A stretch of DNA of 53,892 nucleotides, filler included, from Sluysia triapertura (Eukaryota), in the NCBI GenBank assembly GCA_046118255.1. It is 4 parts of 4 records of this genome, joined end to end, with 100 filler letters (N's around TTAATTAATTAA, not from the genome) between each part and the next. Parts side by side here need not be neighbours in the genome. Positions count along the whole stretch, not along the records: positions 40,931 to 53,892 come from JBJNIA010068843.1; 3 more parts are not named here. The stretch is one strand, 5' to 3'. The notes under the pieces were generated by a model that had not been told where the DNA came from, did no database searches, and was given only the letters and a program-made list of their open reading frames with translations. The translations under genes and the position numbers were made by a program. Of this stretch, positions 52,901 to 53,892 are shown one piece after another (the first letter of the stretch is position 1; every line of letters begins with the position of its first letter).

Positions 52901-53454
52901 TGAGTTGTTGCGTCATTGAAATGACCGATAAGTCAGTATAAGTTTAATTTACTTAAACTGAATCCTAATATTTTCAATACTTATCAAAATAACTTTAAAT
53001 TGTCTCAAATTCTATCAGTTTAGTAACGGTAACTATTCAAATTAACCACAAAAATCAATATTATAATAATTACAAAAAATCAAATACAAATTAGTATAGT
53101 AATTCTCCGCTTTAACAATAATAAAAATAAGACAACTAAAAATAATAAACTGTTAAAAGAAAGTAAACAATAACTTTTATAATAATGTTAAGCACACAAA
53201 AACCCGTACAAAAAGAAAACCAGAGATGACGCAACAAAATTAAGATTTGACAAATAATACTATTTATATTATTCCAAAATAATGTAAAATGAAAATCAAA
53301 TATTTTAAAAATAAATTGGACAGAGTGTCTTCCACAAAGTTAACTTATATTAAAATTGCCCCCTGTACAATAAAATTAAAAATAAAATAAAAATAAAAAT
53401 AAAATGAAATTAATAAAAATTACATAGAACATGGAAATGAACAGCATGAATCGA

Positions 53455-53892
53455 GGCTTTGTTGTTTGTGTTGTGTGTTAAAATTTTTAAGTTTTTTATT
53501 TTATACTCTCTCATCATCCAATCAATCCTAGGTTTCACAATCAAACACTTTCTCACACAAATCATCAAAATCTCTTTGAGAATTATACCGACAATAACAA
53601 CTTGGACAATTAAATGGTACGTCTGTCAAACTTCATTGGACATAAAACACAAAAATTTAATTTCTTATCAATCATCATTTTCTTTTGCTATACTCAATCT
53701 TTTTTCACTTAAGTTACTTCTCACATTAAAATAACAATCAACAATATTGTTAAAATACATAAAAATAATGAATTTAATTTCATCTTTTAGAATTTAATTG
53801 ATTTTAATTGATTTAATTGATACCCAATTTTATAATGAAAAATGTTTAAGGTTCTTATTCTCAAACAAACTACATACATTTTAATCTCACTT
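53455..53892 (+). repeat. Repeat family A 5' region, inverted relative to 51893-52262
   Basis: The window end is the reverse complement of aagtgagtttaaaatgtatgtagtttgtttgagaataagaaccttaaacatttttcattat at 51893, and similarity continues for ~400 bp. Confidence 0.92.

Overview
Very AT-rich animal nuclear DNA, not prokaryotic. It is four contigs (1-14664, 14764-27128, 27229-40830, 40931-53892) joined by ~100-bp N spacers with an artificial TTAATTAATTAA six-frame-stop linker, so adjacency across joins is unproven. Introns are short (about 30-60 nt, GT..AG). A dissatisfaction-type nuclear receptor suggests a non-C. elegans-like bilaterian with a compact AT-rich genome; the species cannot be determined here. 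Most ORFs in the supplied track are spurious. Supported gene content: a spliced C2H2 plus matrin-type zinc-finger gene; an NR2E/dissatisfaction-like receptor whose first zinc finger lacks its P-box; two decayed Unkempt-like CCCH copies, one interrupted by an intronless CEP97-like LRR fragment; and a small spliced gene ending in PIP-box-like motifs. Supported mobile and repeat content: a decayed Tc3-like DD34E transposase; three MITEs; a decayed NeSL/R2-group non-LTR element with two Ulp1-like protease domains; LTR-retrotransposon remnants; two ~98-bp TG..CA inverted-repeat cassettes each enclosing a tRNA-like Pol III unit; and a multi-copy spliced repeat family whose pieces suggest a hydrophobic segment - RING-H2 - possible UDG-fold protein. 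Protein family calls come from motif recognition against remembered reference sequences, not from database searches.
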